64,000 nt of DNA from a virus, in the IMG/VR virus record IMGVR_UViG_3300047378_000694, positions 96,001 to 160,000 of that record; one strand, written 5' to 3'. Below the pieces are notes generated by a model. The model saw nothing but the letters and a program-made list of their open reading frames with translations. It had not been told where the DNA came from and made no database searches. Shown here piece after piece: positions 28,365 to 41,900 of the stretch. The translations under genes and the position numbers were made by a program. The stretch's first letter is position 1. Each line of letters starts with the position of its first letter.

Positions 28365-28370
28365 TATTTA
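28365..28370 (-). promoter_or_regulatory. Late-promoter motif TAAATA-CTGT-A
   Basis: Intergenic, upstream of ATG 28338; matches the recurrent motif. Confidence 0.6.
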
Positions 28371-28371
28371 T

Positions 28372-30225
28372 CTAAACGCTGCTTGTTAGGTCTTCTTGCC
28401 AAACCCAAGCGCCTGCTACTACTGCAAATCGTTTTAATGTCCTAGTTACAGTTAGTGTTACTGTATCGCTAACATCAGTAAAACTAAAATCAGTAACAAC
28501 CGATTGGTTCTGTACGCCCGCACTGTCAACTGCTGTAAAACTTTTTGAAACTCCATCGGTTGCATTATAGGTATACGCACCTGCATAACTTGTACAATGT
28601 ACTCTAGCATTTACTCCGTTATTTTTTGTAGTAGACGGACATAAATCGTTTACTAATAATGCAAGTTGAATGTCAGTTAATCCAGTTGAGTCAACACTAA
28701 GTTCAATATCGTGTTCTTTATAGATATCGTCGACATATTTTTTATGAGCTGCATCGTTGTCAGTACCAGGTGTTGCTAAGTTTCGAATCTTTGTTGTACC
28801 CGACATAGTTATATCACCGTTGATATTTAGACTCATATCGTTGGTACAAGCAATAGTTGACCCATTTAAATTAATATTGTCAACATCAAGAATTGATAGT
28901 GTACCAATACTTGTAAGACCGCTTGCTGTTGTAACACTTGAATGCAGTTCATTAATAGTTAGTATATCGGTTCCGTTAATTTTATAACCAAGGCCATCAG
29001 CAACATCAATGTTCACACTCGAAGTCCAAGAGTTAGTAGAATTTTTCCAAATAAGTTCTTTGTCAAGCCCTGACGATTTTAAAATTATACCACCTTCGTT
29101 GGCTTGGGCATCGGTTAACAACGAACTATCGTCATTGATGCCAAGTTCAATTTGTTTGTCTTGTACTCTTAAATTAACTACTTCAAGTGCAGTGTTCGAA
29201 CCTTTAACTGTTAGATTGCCTTCAATAATTACATCACCGTTTGATGCAGTAGTGCCGACATGTAATGCTGCTTGTGGCGCAGAATTAAATATACCAACAT
29301 GTTGGTTACTTGTTTCAATTTTAAACGAGCTTGACTGAGCACCAGAACTTGACGTTTGAATATCAATATTTGCATCGTCACGTAAAGCAGTAAGAACAAT
29401 ATCTCTATCTACTGATGTAGTATCGGTTGCTATACTAAATCGTGATACATCGCCTGTTAAGAATCCTCTATCATTGTTAATATGTAGATGCTGATTGGTA
29501 GTTTGATAAGTTGCAATTGGCAACGAAGGACTTACTTGCAAGAAACTTGCAGCACTATAAGAAATGCCTCCGGAAATTAAATTATCTGCATTAGTAGCAC
29601 TACCATTCCAATAAAAGTCACTATATGTTGGAACAATATTTACACCTTGTTTAATAGCATACGGTGTTGGAAATCCGGTTAGTAATACAGCGTTTACATC
29701 AATTACTGCTGGAGTAAATGCTTCTTTACTCACAAGAGCAACAGTACTGTTGCCAACACTCCAGCGTCCAACAATTTTGTCAACGCCGTAAATATCAACC
29801 AATGTAATAGCATCGTATTCTGTTTTGCCTTGTGTTCGAGTATAGCTCGGTCCTGCTAAAAATTCTGTAGTACCATCACTAAAATAAAGTTGTTTATTAG
29901 TTGCGTCAATCCACAAATCGCCTGCAACCATCTCAGGCTTTAGAGCTGCATAAGTTGTAGTATCGGTGCCTCGGAATTGTGTTCCGTCCCATACTTTTAA
30001 TCTACCTGCTGATGTATCATACCATATTTGTCCTCTTAGAGGATTTGCTGGAGCACTAGTAGCAGCAAAGTTTTCCATCATCTTAATAAAGTTTTCGTTA
30101 AAGGCTTCGCCGTATCCTGTATAGTTTCGACCTACAAGTGTTATATCAGTTGTTGTAGAGTCAACTGACCCATCAACTAGGTCTACTAACAATGTTCCGT
30201 CAGTTTGGTTTAGTTTATAACTCAT
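28372..30225 (-). CDS. Tail fibre / baseplate fibre protein
   Basis: Same N-terminal LVGRNYTGYGE..NENF..ENF..GQIWYD module; GLTSIGTL and DAAHKKYVD fibre motifs. Confidence 0.65.
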   Translation of the reverse strand: MSYKLNQTDGTLLVDLVDGSVDSTTTDITLVGRNYTGYGEAFNENFIKMMENFAATSAPANPLRGQIWYDTSAGRLKVWDGTQFRGTDTTTYAALKPEMVAGDLWIDATNKQLYFSDGTTEFLAGPSYTRTQGKTEYDAITLVDIYGVDKIVGRWSVGNSTVALVSKEAFTPAVIDVNAVLLTGFPTPYAIKQGVNIVPTYSDFYWNGSATNADNLISGGISYSAASFLQVSPSLPIATYQTTNQHLHINNDRGFLTGDVSRFSIATDTTSVDRDIVLTALRDDANIDIQTSSSGAQSSSFKIETSNQHVGIFNSAPQAALHVGTTASNGDVIIEGNLTVKGSNTALEVVNLRVQDKQIELGINDDSSLLTDAQANEGGIILKSSGLDKELIWKNSTNSWTSSVNIDVADGLGYKINGTDILTINELHSSVTTASGLTSIGTLSILDVDNINLNGSTIACTNDMSLNINGDITMSGTTKIRNLATPGTDNDAAHKKYVDDIYKEHDIELSVDSTGLTDIQLALLVNDLCPSTTKNNGVNARVHCTSYAGAYTYNATDGVSKSFTAVDSAGVQNQSVVTDFSFTDVSDTVTLTVTRTLKRFAVVAGAWVWQEDLTSSV

Positions 30226-32318
30226 ACTACAATATCTCCTACGTAAATAATATATTCAACTGTTGTAAACGGACTTGTATGATAGTACGGATCATTTTGT
30301 ATATCAAGCATTGCGCCAGTTTGGCTAATGCCTGTGCCAGTTGTTGTTCCAATAATATTTTGCGCACTTGCACCGGTATCTGTTCCGCCTGTAACATTAG
30401 TGCTTGCATAATATTGTTCACCGTTGTCGCCTTGTAAACTGTGTTGATGATCTGGTAGCATAGGTTGTGTAATTGTACCTGTTTCGCTACCGCCAGTTAA
30501 ACCTACAGTATTTGCTGCTGCATCATTTAGTAAACGATTGCCAGTAGTAGCGTCACCCAAATGACCTACTAAGCCTCGTCCTCTAAAATCTGGTAAATTA
30601 AAAGTAGTTGCGCCGCCGTCTGTTGAACCGTATAATATTCCAATAATTAAATACAACGATTCTTCGCTACCTCCACCACGGGTAAGTTGTTGTCCGTGGC
30701 ATAGTGCCCAACCTGTTGGAGCTGCTGTTCCTGCATATGGCATTATCATACCTAATTGAAATGATGGTACTGTGCTAACAATTTGTGCTTGTGTCATATA
30801 ACGCAAGCCTTCGCTGTTTTCAACTAAAAACTTATCACTGCTTGCTACATCAACTGCAATTGCAGTTTGGTCAGTAACAAAACTTGGCTTAATATTAAGT
30901 GTCCACTCTTTTGTAGTTCCACCAACTTGCCCATCAAATTGCACACTACCAGTTGCAGTAACATCGCCAGTACTATTAAATTGGAATGTAGTTGGACTTG
31001 CTAGTTTACCTGCTGTTTGAGCACTGCCACTTACATTACCTGTTACATTTCCGACTAAATTACCGTTGAATGTATTTGCATAAACATTTGCATATCTTAA
31101 AATAGGTGTACCAATGTTACTTGCTAAGTCTTCGTATGGCTGAATATTTCGAGCATAAATTGAATCTGATGATTGTCCGTCGTTTACATTAAAGTACGCA
31201 TCGCCGCCAATATTTAAATCACCGTTAATACCTGCGCCGCCTGCTACAACTAATGCGCCAGTTGTTGGATTACTACTAGGATTCGTATTTGTTGCCTCAA
31301 TTTTACCACTGTTAGCTCCGGACATTGTAGCTTTTATATTACCACCTACATCAAGCACTTCAGTAGGCGATGTATTCATCAATCCGTGTTTTCCGTCTGC
31401 TGTAATTAATAATGCTGTTGTGTTTGCGCCAGCATTGTTTACATTAAAGTTAATCGGGCCATCTGTTGCTTTGTTTCTAATAATAACACCGCTACCTGTA
31501 ACACTAGCAGTTAAGATGCCATTTTCACCAATTGTCAAACCAGTATTTGTTTGGATGCGCACATCTTTGTCAAATCTATTTGCTGTATCAAGTCTTGCTA
31601 CATTTTCATATACTAAACTAGCTGTACCTGCTGTATTTACAAGTGCTTCTGCTTTTTCACTAGTTCCATAATACTTTGCTTTTGCACCATTAAACGCAAG
31701 TTCTGTTGGAATATTTACACCAGGTTTTACAACATACCCAGTTGGAAATCCTGTAATTTTTAATTTTGGCGTAAATTCAATATAACTATAAACTGACATT
31801 ATGTTATTTTGCACATAATTAATTAATACTGTATGATCAACGTCGGTGCCTAGCTGTGTACTGGTACCTACTAGTGTAGCAATTTTACTACCAGTTGCAG
31901 TTGATTCACTGTAGTCAGGCCCAATCAATACCCATCCACTACCACTGTAAATGTATGCTTGTAAATTTGCAGTATCAACCCATATGTCGCCAAGTACACT
32001 TGCACTTGCTTCAGGTTGTGCTTGTGCTTTTTTAATTCCGCCTGCTGCTACCCAAGCTGCGCCATCGTAAACTTTTAACTGGTCAACTCCAGTTGTAGTA
32101 TCATACCAAAGTTGTCCTTCTACTGGACTAGCAGGAGCTGTTGTATTTGCAAAGTTTTCTAGTAAATGTAAAAAGTTTTCATTGACATACCCGCCGTAAC
32201 CTGTTAGGTTTTGACCAACTAATTTTAAACTAGTATCAGTATTGTTAAGTCCGTTTTCTTCAACAGTAATACTACCGTTGTTTGTAAAATCAGTAAATCG
32301 TACGGTGTAGTCTGCCAT
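30222..32318 (-). CDS. Tail fibre protein with phage tail-collar domain (short-tail-fibre-like)
   Basis: Same N-terminal module; GMIMPYAGTAAPTGWALCHGQ...TTFNLPDFRGR collar; LPDHQH; EYIIY end. Confidence 0.8.
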   Translation of the reverse strand: MADYTVRFTDFTNNGSITVEENGLNNTDTSLKLVGQNLTGYGGYVNENFLHLLENFANTTAPASPVEGQLWYDTTTGVDQLKVYDGAAWVAAGGIKKAQAQPEASASVLGDIWVDTANLQAYIYSGSGWVLIGPDYSESTATGSKIATLVGTSTQLGTDVDHTVLINYVQNNIMSVYSYIEFTPKLKITGFPTGYVVKPGVNIPTELAFNGAKAKYYGTSEKAEALVNTAGTASLVYENVARLDTANRFDKDVRIQTNTGLTIGENGILTASVTGSGVIIRNKATDGPINFNVNNAGANTTALLITADGKHGLMNTSPTEVLDVGGNIKATMSGANSGKIEATNTNPSSNPTTGALVVAGGAGINGDLNIGGDAYFNVNDGQSSDSIYARNIQPYEDLASNIGTPILRYANVYANTFNGNLVGNVTGNVSGSAQTAGKLASPTTFQFNSTGDVTATGSVQFDGQVGGTTKEWTLNIKPSFVTDQTAIAVDVASSDKFLVENSEGLRYMTQAQIVSTVPSFQLGMIMPYAGTAAPTGWALCHGQQLTRGGGSEESLYLIIGILYGSTDGGATTFNLPDFRGRGLVGHLGDATTGNRLLNDAAANTVGLTGGSETGTITQPMLPDHQHSLQGDNGEQYYASTNVTGGTDTGASAQNIIGTTTGTGISQTGAMLDIQNDPYYHTSPFTTVEYIIYVGDIVV

Positions 32319-32321
32319 GGT

Positions 32322-32930
32322 TTATCCCTCAATTCCGCTTAAACTTTGAATTCTCACAGTATAATCAACTTGGATTAAACGGTTTAAACTCTTTTGTACA
32401 GGATGAAAAATAACATGTGTAATTAGTCTACCTGTACCGCTTGCCGAATAGCTGCGTAATCCTAGTTCGTCAAAAACATAAAGATTTTCATTACTACCGG
32501 CTGTATCAAATGCATCTTGTCCTGCTGGTTCACCGTAGTCTAACAAACATCTAACTAATATGTCAGTATAGTTTGTACCACTTACATGACGAATTTCTGT
32601 CTTGTTTCTTATCGGATCGTTGTTGTTTACACTACGCTCGTCTACTACTTTAGTGAACGTTTGATTGTACAAACTTGCATTTGTACCTGTGCTGTTTGGT
32701 GTTAGGTATGTTACAATACCTGTTGGATCAACACTAGTTCCGCCATTGCCAAAACTCATATCGCTAATAAAGCCTTGTCCTTGATTAGCCAAACTTTCAG
32801 CAAGTGCTAAACTCATATTTTCATAATGAATAGCATTGCGTTTGTTTACAAAAACTTCGCCATTATCAGGATCTGAAATCTTGATATGTCCTTCTACGTG
32901 TATTCCATTTAAGTCATTAAACTGTGTCAT
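32322..32930 (-). CDS. Putative baseplate/tail structural protein
   Basis: 202-aa ORF in tail operon (GHIKI..NAIH..FGNGGT..FDELGL..FHPVQKS); own late motif upstream. Confidence 0.6.
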   Translation of the reverse strand: MTQFNDLNGIHVEGHIKISDPDNGEVFVNKRNAIHYENMSLALAESLANQGQGFISDMSFGNGGTSVDPTGIVTYLTPNSTGTNASLYNQTFTKVVDERSVNNNDPIRNKTEIRHVSGTNYTDILVRCLLDYGEPAGQDAFDTAGSNENLYVFDELGLRSYSASGTGRLITHVIFHPVQKSLNRLIQVDYTVRIQSLSGIEG

Positions 32931-32948
32931 CTTTTTTACCTTATACTG

Positions 32949-32954
32949 TATTTA
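32949..32954 (-). promoter_or_regulatory. Late-promoter motif TAAATA-CAGT-A
   Basis: Overlaps stop of giant ORF; followed by TAAGG RBS and ATG 32930. Confidence 0.6.
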
Positions 32955-35900
32955 TTTAGGTAGCTCAATAGTTGCTCCGCGGATAAATCTTGCAATTGCA
33001 GAATTGCTGTTTCTTAATGTTTCACCGGCAGCAATCCATTTTTTTCCGGTTCTTTTAACTACACGGATCTCTGTATCTACTGCTGGCGTTGTTGTAAATT
33101 GAATGTACTTGTTACCTCCAACTGTTACAACTTCATATTCTTTTGTTTGTGTTTGGTCTGCTTCAGGACTATCTTGTGCAAGTGTTTTATTGTAAACTGA
33201 AATATCAACTTTACTTAACTTGCGTCCTCCCACAAACACTTCAATTTCGTTTGCATTATCAATATCAAATCCTAAATCAACAATTTGATTTGAACCATCG
33301 GCTCTGTCTCTGTATACACTATATGTATCCCTATAGTCAATAGTTTCAGCTGAACCTTGGCCATACGCTATATCGCCAGCTGCGTGTAAATCTTTTACAC
33401 CAGTTCCTAATGTACCTCTTCTAAGCTGAGATAATGTATTTTCTTGTACTGCAAAATACTCAATACGTTCTCCGTCTATCCAAATAATACCAGGTAAGTT
33501 TAATACAATATCAGGTTCTTGAATTCCGGTAGCATCAACTAGAACAATTTTATTGTCATACGGACTAACAGGATTAGCAATCATATAACTGTTTTCTTTA
33601 CTAAGACGTTTATAATGTGTTCTGCCTAGCATGTCTCTAAATATTCTATATCCAAACTTATCTGACGACACTGGTGCTGCCCAATGCATTACTTGGATAC
33701 GATCGTTTTCGTTTACAATATCTTTAAGACGTACTGCATTTAAATTTTCCATTACTTCATAATCAACAATTGGATGCAATAGTCTTTTGTTTTTAACAAC
33801 CCAAACATATTGAGCACCAGCAGCCGCTGATTCAAGTTGTACAATTCCACTTGATAATAAATTTCGTCTAGCAAATTCATCAGTGTTTTCATTAACTACT
33901 GTTTCAGTTAAAACATCATATGTGAATCTTCTAAATTGATTAATATCGTGGTTACTAAAGTGCATTGCTCTATATGTAGTAAAGAGATCGTCGTATATTT
34001 CAGGATTAATACTGATACTATCGCTATCGATAAATTCAACTTCACTAATTTTTACTGCGGTTGAATCTGCTGTTACATAAAAATCTTCGTCTGCTATAAA
34101 TTCATCTCTTATGTCTTTAGCCATACTTTGTACAACAACAGTATTTCCATTTACTGATTTTACTATAGGTTCAAAACGTGTTGAAGTAGCTCCACTAACT
34201 AATAGCAACGGTTCGCCTACTGTTACTTGAGATTCCATATCAAATGCTGTACTGCCATCAAGTGTAGTAAATGTTAATGCAGTATCAATAAAATAATAGT
34301 CAGCGTTTTGTAAACAGTAAATATCTAGCTTACTTCCTGCCGGAGCAACATTAGTATTAAGTAGTGTAATTCTAGCGTTTACATTATCCCAAGACCATTG
34401 AGAAACATCAAGTCTTACATCGTTTACATATACCATAAAATCAATTTTTGCCACTGATGATAAATTTGCAAATTGCCATCCGTCAATATCGTAACTTAAA
34501 CTACTTGTAGTTGTAAACCTAATACTATATCCAGGGCTTAAAATATCTTCGTCGCCAAACACTAATAAGTTGTGTCCTAATGGCAAGTCATTAATTGGTG
34601 TAAATGTATCAGTAAAATTCCAATAATTTCCAGTGCCGTTTGACCAAGAATAATCATTATTAATTTGACTATACGAAGTAATTCCACTGTCGTATACAGC
34701 ATATTGTATAACATTACCCTGATCTAATCTTACTCTGCCTCCTGAGATCTCAATTACCAATTTGTCTGCAGGTTCAGTTGTATTGCTAGTATTCAAGAAA
34801 TAGTCACTACCCTCTGTTTGAACAGAGCCATTTAATATTACAATGCAACTTGCATCGCTGCTATAATCCGCTGCTGTTACAAAACGCCAGTTATCGCTTT
34901 GGATTGCACTTGAATCCTGTAAGTCAAACTCGTTAATTTCAATTGTTTTACTATCTATTAAACTATTACCGTTTGCACCAAATGTCATTACAGTAATAAT
35001 TGATCCTACATTAATGTCAATATCGCTGTCAATAAATACGCTTTCTAAACTGTAATCGTTACTGTAAGTATCAGTTCTTAGTACAACTTTATCAAGCATT
35101 ACAACAACATTATCTTCACCAAATGGCTTTTCAGGATATGCAAATTCTCTAGTCGAGCCATCAAAGATATAATGAGCTACATTTATTTGCGCTTGTCCGT
35201 CGTTTTGTCTAGTATAAACTTGTAAATCAAGTGTATCAGTTACAGTACCTGGAACTAGTTCTTCAGGGCCGCCGCTGTTCGTTGGAGTAAAGAATCCGTC
35301 GCCGTCAACTGTTATTTCACCTGACGGTATACCTGTAGCAGTTGTTCTGTCTAATGCTCCGCCTTGAAGTGCAGTATCAAATGTTGATCCTACTGGAGAG
35401 AAGCTGCCATCACTTGATTGTTTTCTAATAATAATTTCGTCATCAGCAGTTGTACTAAATGCTCCATTAATATCAATTTCTGTTTGTACACCATCTCCGG
35501 TAATTGTAGCCATTACAGCATTTTTATTAGCAGTAATGGTGCTTCCGTCATATTGAGGATCATCAAGTCTTACACCGTTTAAGTATAGATTGTACTCTAC
35601 GCCGCTTTCTAATGGAGAAGACAATGTGATTATATTTGTGCTACCGTCTAATTTGATAATTTCATCATCATATGTATTATCAAATGTGTCCCACGGCAGA
35701 TCACTAAATCCGCCTACGCCAAACCCTTGTTCGCCGCCAAAGTCAAAGCTATCATACAATGCGCCTTCGTATTCAACACCGGTCATTAGTTGGCTAAATT
35801 CTTTGCCAGGCATGCCTGTTGTTGGATCATATTCGTAGAATATTCTATCTGCTGCGTGTAACAATGCTGTATCTTTTTTGTATTTTACAACAAGTGTATC

Positions 35901-38900
35901 ATCAATTTTTGGTTCAGTAACTAGTGTAATTTCACCTATGTATCTGTCGTAACCTTTTGTAGTATCAAGTTTATTAACAACACTATATTCAGTATCTAAT
36001 AATTCAACATTGTTGAGTAATACAGAGTATGTTGTAATATTTTGATTAATTGGCCATTGTAGTGTAAAAATTTCCTGGGCACCTGTGCCTGCAAATGTTT
36101 CAGTTTTGTCAATTGTTTCAAAGTACTTTTTACCGCTAATACGATCAAATTTTACAGTCATATGTGTGCTTCGCACATTTGGATTACCTAGTACTGCGGT
36201 TGCTCTAACTGATGTGCCGTCATTTGATTGATTGCCCGAAACTGTAATAGTCGGTGCAGATAAAACTCTACTACCTTTATTTAAGATTTCAATACTCTTG
36301 ACTTTACCCTTGGCAACATATGCTTTTGCAGTTATTCCACTTTCGCCACTTATAGTAACCGCCGGTGTATCATAAAAGCCACTGCCGCCATCGGCAACGT
36401 CAATTCTTATAATTTCGTATGTGTTGTTATCAACCCAATTTTTATAAGGATATGTAAAATATTTTTCCCAAAGATTTGTTACTTCGTTGTTGTTAAACTT
36501 AGCAGCACTTGGAGTGATTTTCCCGCCAATATAACTTGGTGGCAAATCAAAGTCAGAAATTATACTTTGCGTTGGTTCAATCTTTTGATATGCACTAATG
36601 TACTCTCTTACTTTTGTTTTAAATGGTTTTACTTCGTTGATATAATCTTGATAATTTTCAAGATTATCGTTTTGATATGCAACTTTTTGTGTTAGATCTC
36701 CAACATTGTGTTTGGCACGTAAGAAACTAGACTTAAATACCCAATCAACGTTATCCTGTTCTGATAGAACATATCTAACACTTGCAAAGAATAATTTATT
36801 ATATTCAACTGCTAAATCACTAACAAATATGTTAGTTTTAATTGCATCAATAATATTACGCAATTCGTTTACTGGTTCTCTATCGTAAAAAGTAGTATCA
36901 TAAACTCCAGCATCGTATCCGGTAGTTTCTGTAGTATAATTGTAAATTACATCTAATAATTTAATTGTTCCATTTTCTCGACCAACTGTATCGTAATTAA
37001 TAGTGTAATCTTCAGTGTCTTGGTTGTCTGTTTTCTTTAATAACAGCCAGCCGCCTGTACCAATGTTTTTAATTTTTACTACATCGCCAATTGAATTATC
37101 TAATCCAAATAGTTGATAACTTCCATCTATAACTTGATGAATTACAGTTGACTCACTGTACCCCGGTGCATACCAATCAGCGTAATTCCAATACTTTGTT
37201 GTATCAAAACTTTGGTTGTCGGTTCTTTCCCAGGCTGCTGTAGTTTTATTATAAATGTAAATTGTCCAGCGTCCGCCAATTGTTTCATCAGCTGTGACCA
37301 AAACACTAAACGGTCTTACTTTTAAGAAAGTAGTTGGTGTATAATCGTATCCTTGATCTTTCACCGTAACACTAGTAATTTGTCCATTGCTATTAATTGT
37401 AGATATTATCTCAGCATTTTTACCGGTAACATCTTCAATTTCAATACTTGGTGCTGTTTTATAACCATTGCCTGGATTATTAATAGTAACACCAGTAATT
37501 TTACCAAATTCAACTACAGGAGTTAGAACTGCTTGTGTATTCTTTGCAGTACCAACAAATTGCAATTCGCTAACAGTATCAATTTGTCTATCAAAGTTTC
37601 CTTCAGCAGCCAATGGTAATGGATCAACTAATAAAAGTTTGCTTATATCGTAGTTGTCAACAATTAAGTTTTTAACAAATACACTGTTTATTCTATCAAC
37701 AAATTGTTTAACTGCTTCAACACGATTAATAAACATACTCTGACGTGGCTGATTTAGAACTCCGTATTTTTTTGTGTCTGATAGTGTAATATCAGGTACT
37801 GGATTTCCAACATTATCGTAACCAATTAAACTATCAATCCATTTTTGTTCAATAGAGGCATTTGGCATTGACAAATCAAGACCTTCAGTCATTAAGTCAT
37901 ATTCTCTATGAATTGGAACATTAATTGTTGTATCTTTTTCTTTTCTAAAATGCAAAATAGTATTAGTTTCTTGTACTAAATTTTTACAATTATAAAGTGC
38001 AAATTTATTATTTTCTAACAACGAAACAAATCTATATCCTGTACCAGCCGGATCTGCTATTAAGTTTGATATAGATTCGCAACTTAATGAGCGTCCTGCA
38101 ACACGAGGTACAATTTGTGCATTTTCAACCCAATAGTAATATTTGGTTGTAAACCCTTGTTTTGTTCTATCATAAACTTGCTTACTGCTAACTGTGTCGT
38201 CGTCATATAAAGCTGTACCGCTTATGCCTTTTGTGTAACCAGCAGTTGTACCTGTTTGTGCATTCCACTCACTTGGTAATAAGTTAGTTTCAACCCATTC
38301 GCAAACTTGTATACGTGAGTTAGGCAATAATTTATTAAATGTATTTGTTCGATACTGACTATTACCTTGATAAGGGTTGTACCAACTTGCTTCCTTAAGG
38401 TTCCACCAAAGTTTTCCAACATAACGATCGGTCCAATTTGATTGAACATCGACAATAACATCACTAGTATCACTAGACGACGAATATGTAGCTGGATCGT
38501 ACCATGTTTTAAAACTTAGCTCTTGTTCTGCAGGTCCTGCAATTTTACCCTGTCGTGGATCAATTACGTCTAATCTTTGAATTATGTCAGCAGTATCTTT
38601 TGCATATAAAAATACTTGTTGCAATTGTTCAATATTTGGTTTAGCAATTTGTGTTGTAAGTTCGCTCCAAGTATTTTTACCTGTTGCAAAACTAAAGTCA
38701 ACTAGTAGTCCCGGATTTGGTGATGTTACATACCTTGGGTCATTATTGTAAGGCCTAGGCATAGCTGTTGCAACTATTGTTGGAATATTTAAATATAGAT
38801 GATTGTCATTTAAGACAATATTTTCCATTTCGTGGGTAGCAGTATTGCGGCTATAGTCAACATCTTCGGCATACACATACAAATCATTAATTTCTTGGAA

Positions 38901-41900
38901 TAAAATAATTCTTCCTGTATCTGGAATAATTTTTTTAATATCTGTATTACCGTTATCTAATAACATTCCGTTTTCATCAAATGTTGTCATTTCAACTAAA
39001 TCACTATTTTTACCAGTAATTGCTAATTTGTTTTTACTAAAACTTACACTTGATCCAAACGCTTCGCATTTGTCGGTATACGGACTTCTAATATTTTGTT
39101 GTAGTTCATACACATTATTTGAATTTTGTTTATATACATAAACTGTTCCTGCATCAGTGTCAACATCATCGTTGTAAGGTGCAGCAACGGCAATTTTTGT
39201 ACCATCGTCGTTGATATCAAAATTCTTGCCCCAAGTTTCTCTTTTTAATACATCTTCGTCAAACGATTGAATAAATTTCCATCTATCTACTGGTTGGTGA
39301 TAAACAGTTAATCTACGTAATCCATTTACTGTTGAGCTAACAACAATTTTATCACCTAAAGTATCAATTGCAATTTTTTCACCAAAATTTTCTTCACCAG
39401 TGTCTAAGTCTCCGTCAAGATCCTGATCTCTATTTGGAACAAATCCTGTGTGTTCGATATCTTCACTTATTTTCCAACTTGCAATATCGGTTGGCAATTT
39501 TTGTCCTGTTGGTGTTGATGACGGTCTTTCAACTAGTGCTTCGTATAATTGTCCTTGATAGAAAACAATATCAGTTGTTCTATACTCTTCGTTTTGATCA
39601 AACACACCTTTATAATTACGGTTGCGTGTCCAGCGCCAGTCTGTATCATATTCAAAGAAATACACTCGTCCTTGTCCTGCGCCAGTTGCACCAACAAATA
39701 ATTTATAGATACCATTACTAGTTTTTCTAATTTGTAAAGTTGTACCAAAATTTTCACTAGCATTTGGATCAGGACTTGTCATAACAATTTTTTGTTCATA
39801 TTGACGGGTTTTGTCATCAAGTTCGTAAATATAAATTACACCTTGATTACTCAATCCTGAAGATGTTCCAACTCCGGCAGGAATATAATATGCTGGTTCC
39901 CAATCTCTATTGTCGCTAGTTCCAATTGAACTACTATCACTTGCATCAGTGTGCCAATTGCTTACGTCATTTTTAGCACGCCACAAGGTACCTCTATCAA
40001 CAACAATATCTCCTGTAAGATATGCTTCAGTAGGATCTAGTGTTCCTTTAAATTGTGATAGTGCATTATCGGCTAATGGTGCGCCAACTACAATAAACTT
40101 ACTGTCAGGTGATACAGCAACACTTGTTCCGTATCCACTATTGTCGTCAGTAGCATCAGTTGCTGACAGTATTTGATCATTTGTAAATGCAAAGGTTGGC
40201 GAGTTTCTACGCTTAATTGTTGCAGTGCCTGTAAAATCTAAAGACGCATCGTTAGGATCTCCAGTGACTAAAGTTGTATTTGAATTGTTTATATCAGTTG
40301 ATTTAGCAAATGTTGTATTAGCATTAGCATATTCTTGTTGCAAACTTACAATACTGTTATTTTCGTATACACTAAAGTTTCCAGTACCGTTGTTGTCAAT
40401 CCATAATCTGTCTTTTTGATCTTTTTGTATATCTTCAATAAGATTATTTAAATCTTCAATGTTTGCAAATCTACGCTCAACAAATCTACTTAAACTTGCT
40501 CCGCCAACTCCACTAAAGCTATCATCTTCTTCTTCAAAATCAATTTCACCGTCAGTGGTTGATACTGCAAATGTAATAGTGTTTGCTAATACATCTGATA
40601 CTTTATAGAATCCTTTAAAATTTGGAATACTTGAAAAAATACCAATTATATCGTCTTTGGCAATATTTTCAACTTGTCTATCAAGTGTAATTTTTACAGC
40701 AGATGATCCATCTGTGTTTGTAATATTAACAAATCCAGTAACCTCTAAATCACTTCTTGTGTGTTTTAGTACTGTCCATGATTGTTTGTCTTTTGTAATC
40801 CAAACATGTTTTCCAATTTCAAGCTCGTCAATATTAATACTAGTAATATCGCTTCGAGATGTTACAATATATTCAACATCGTTGTTTCTTACATAGCCCG
40901 AATCTTTTGTATAGGTTGAAGTCGATGTTGTTGAAGATACGATAGTATGATCATAATCATCTGGAACTTTGTATCCTCCAGTACTAGGTATTTCAATAAT
41001 TAAATCCGAACGCCCAATTGTTTTGCTTGCATTTAATTCATAAATCTGTGGTTCTAACTTATAATCTTTTTCAGTTAATTGATATTCAATTTCTGCAATA
41101 TTTTCAATTGATCCATATTGTCCTAGTCTAATTGCCCATTCTTCGTATAATTCGACACTGTCGTTGTCAGCACTACTAAGTGCATCAAATAATTTTGTTA
41201 CACTATTTGAAGTACCCTTTTCTTGTATAAATCCTTGATAGAATTTATATTGACTTACACTATCGGTAATAATGTTTTCTAAGTACTGTCGTTTTTGATA
41301 GCCAATCAAATGCTGTGCAAGACGTTGCTGTTCACTGTCAAAGTTATCAGTATCAAGATCATAAAAATCAGCAAATTGGTTTGCTTTGTAATCCCAATTT
41401 GGATAAATTTGAGATACAGGACGTTCATCTAATCTACGCCATTTGCTATCGTTAAATGTTTCTCCTGATGTATGATTTGCAAACGCACTATAATAAAATT
41501 CTTTATGCTTTACAACGTCACTAACTCTATAATCTGAATTTGGAACCCATTGCATAACTTTAGCTTCGTCATAAAAGAATCCCGGAATTGATAAACTACC
41601 ATTCCAGCCGTCTGTTCTATATCCAACAAGTTTTATTCTTTCTTGTCTAAATCCTGCTGACTTATCATAGATTGTATCGGCAAAGACTGTTTTGTTATCA
41701 AGTAAGACAGTGTGTTCTTTTTGTACTAACGGTAATTTAATTAAATAAATCGGTCTATCAGAATCAACTGTTCGTATAGTAAACGTATTGTCGTCGTTGC
41801 GGAAGATACTTGTAACGCTGCTATCCATAAAGTTACCGCTACTATCAAGTATGTTTACATCATAAAATGCATCAAACAAATTATCAATTGTAAACTTATC

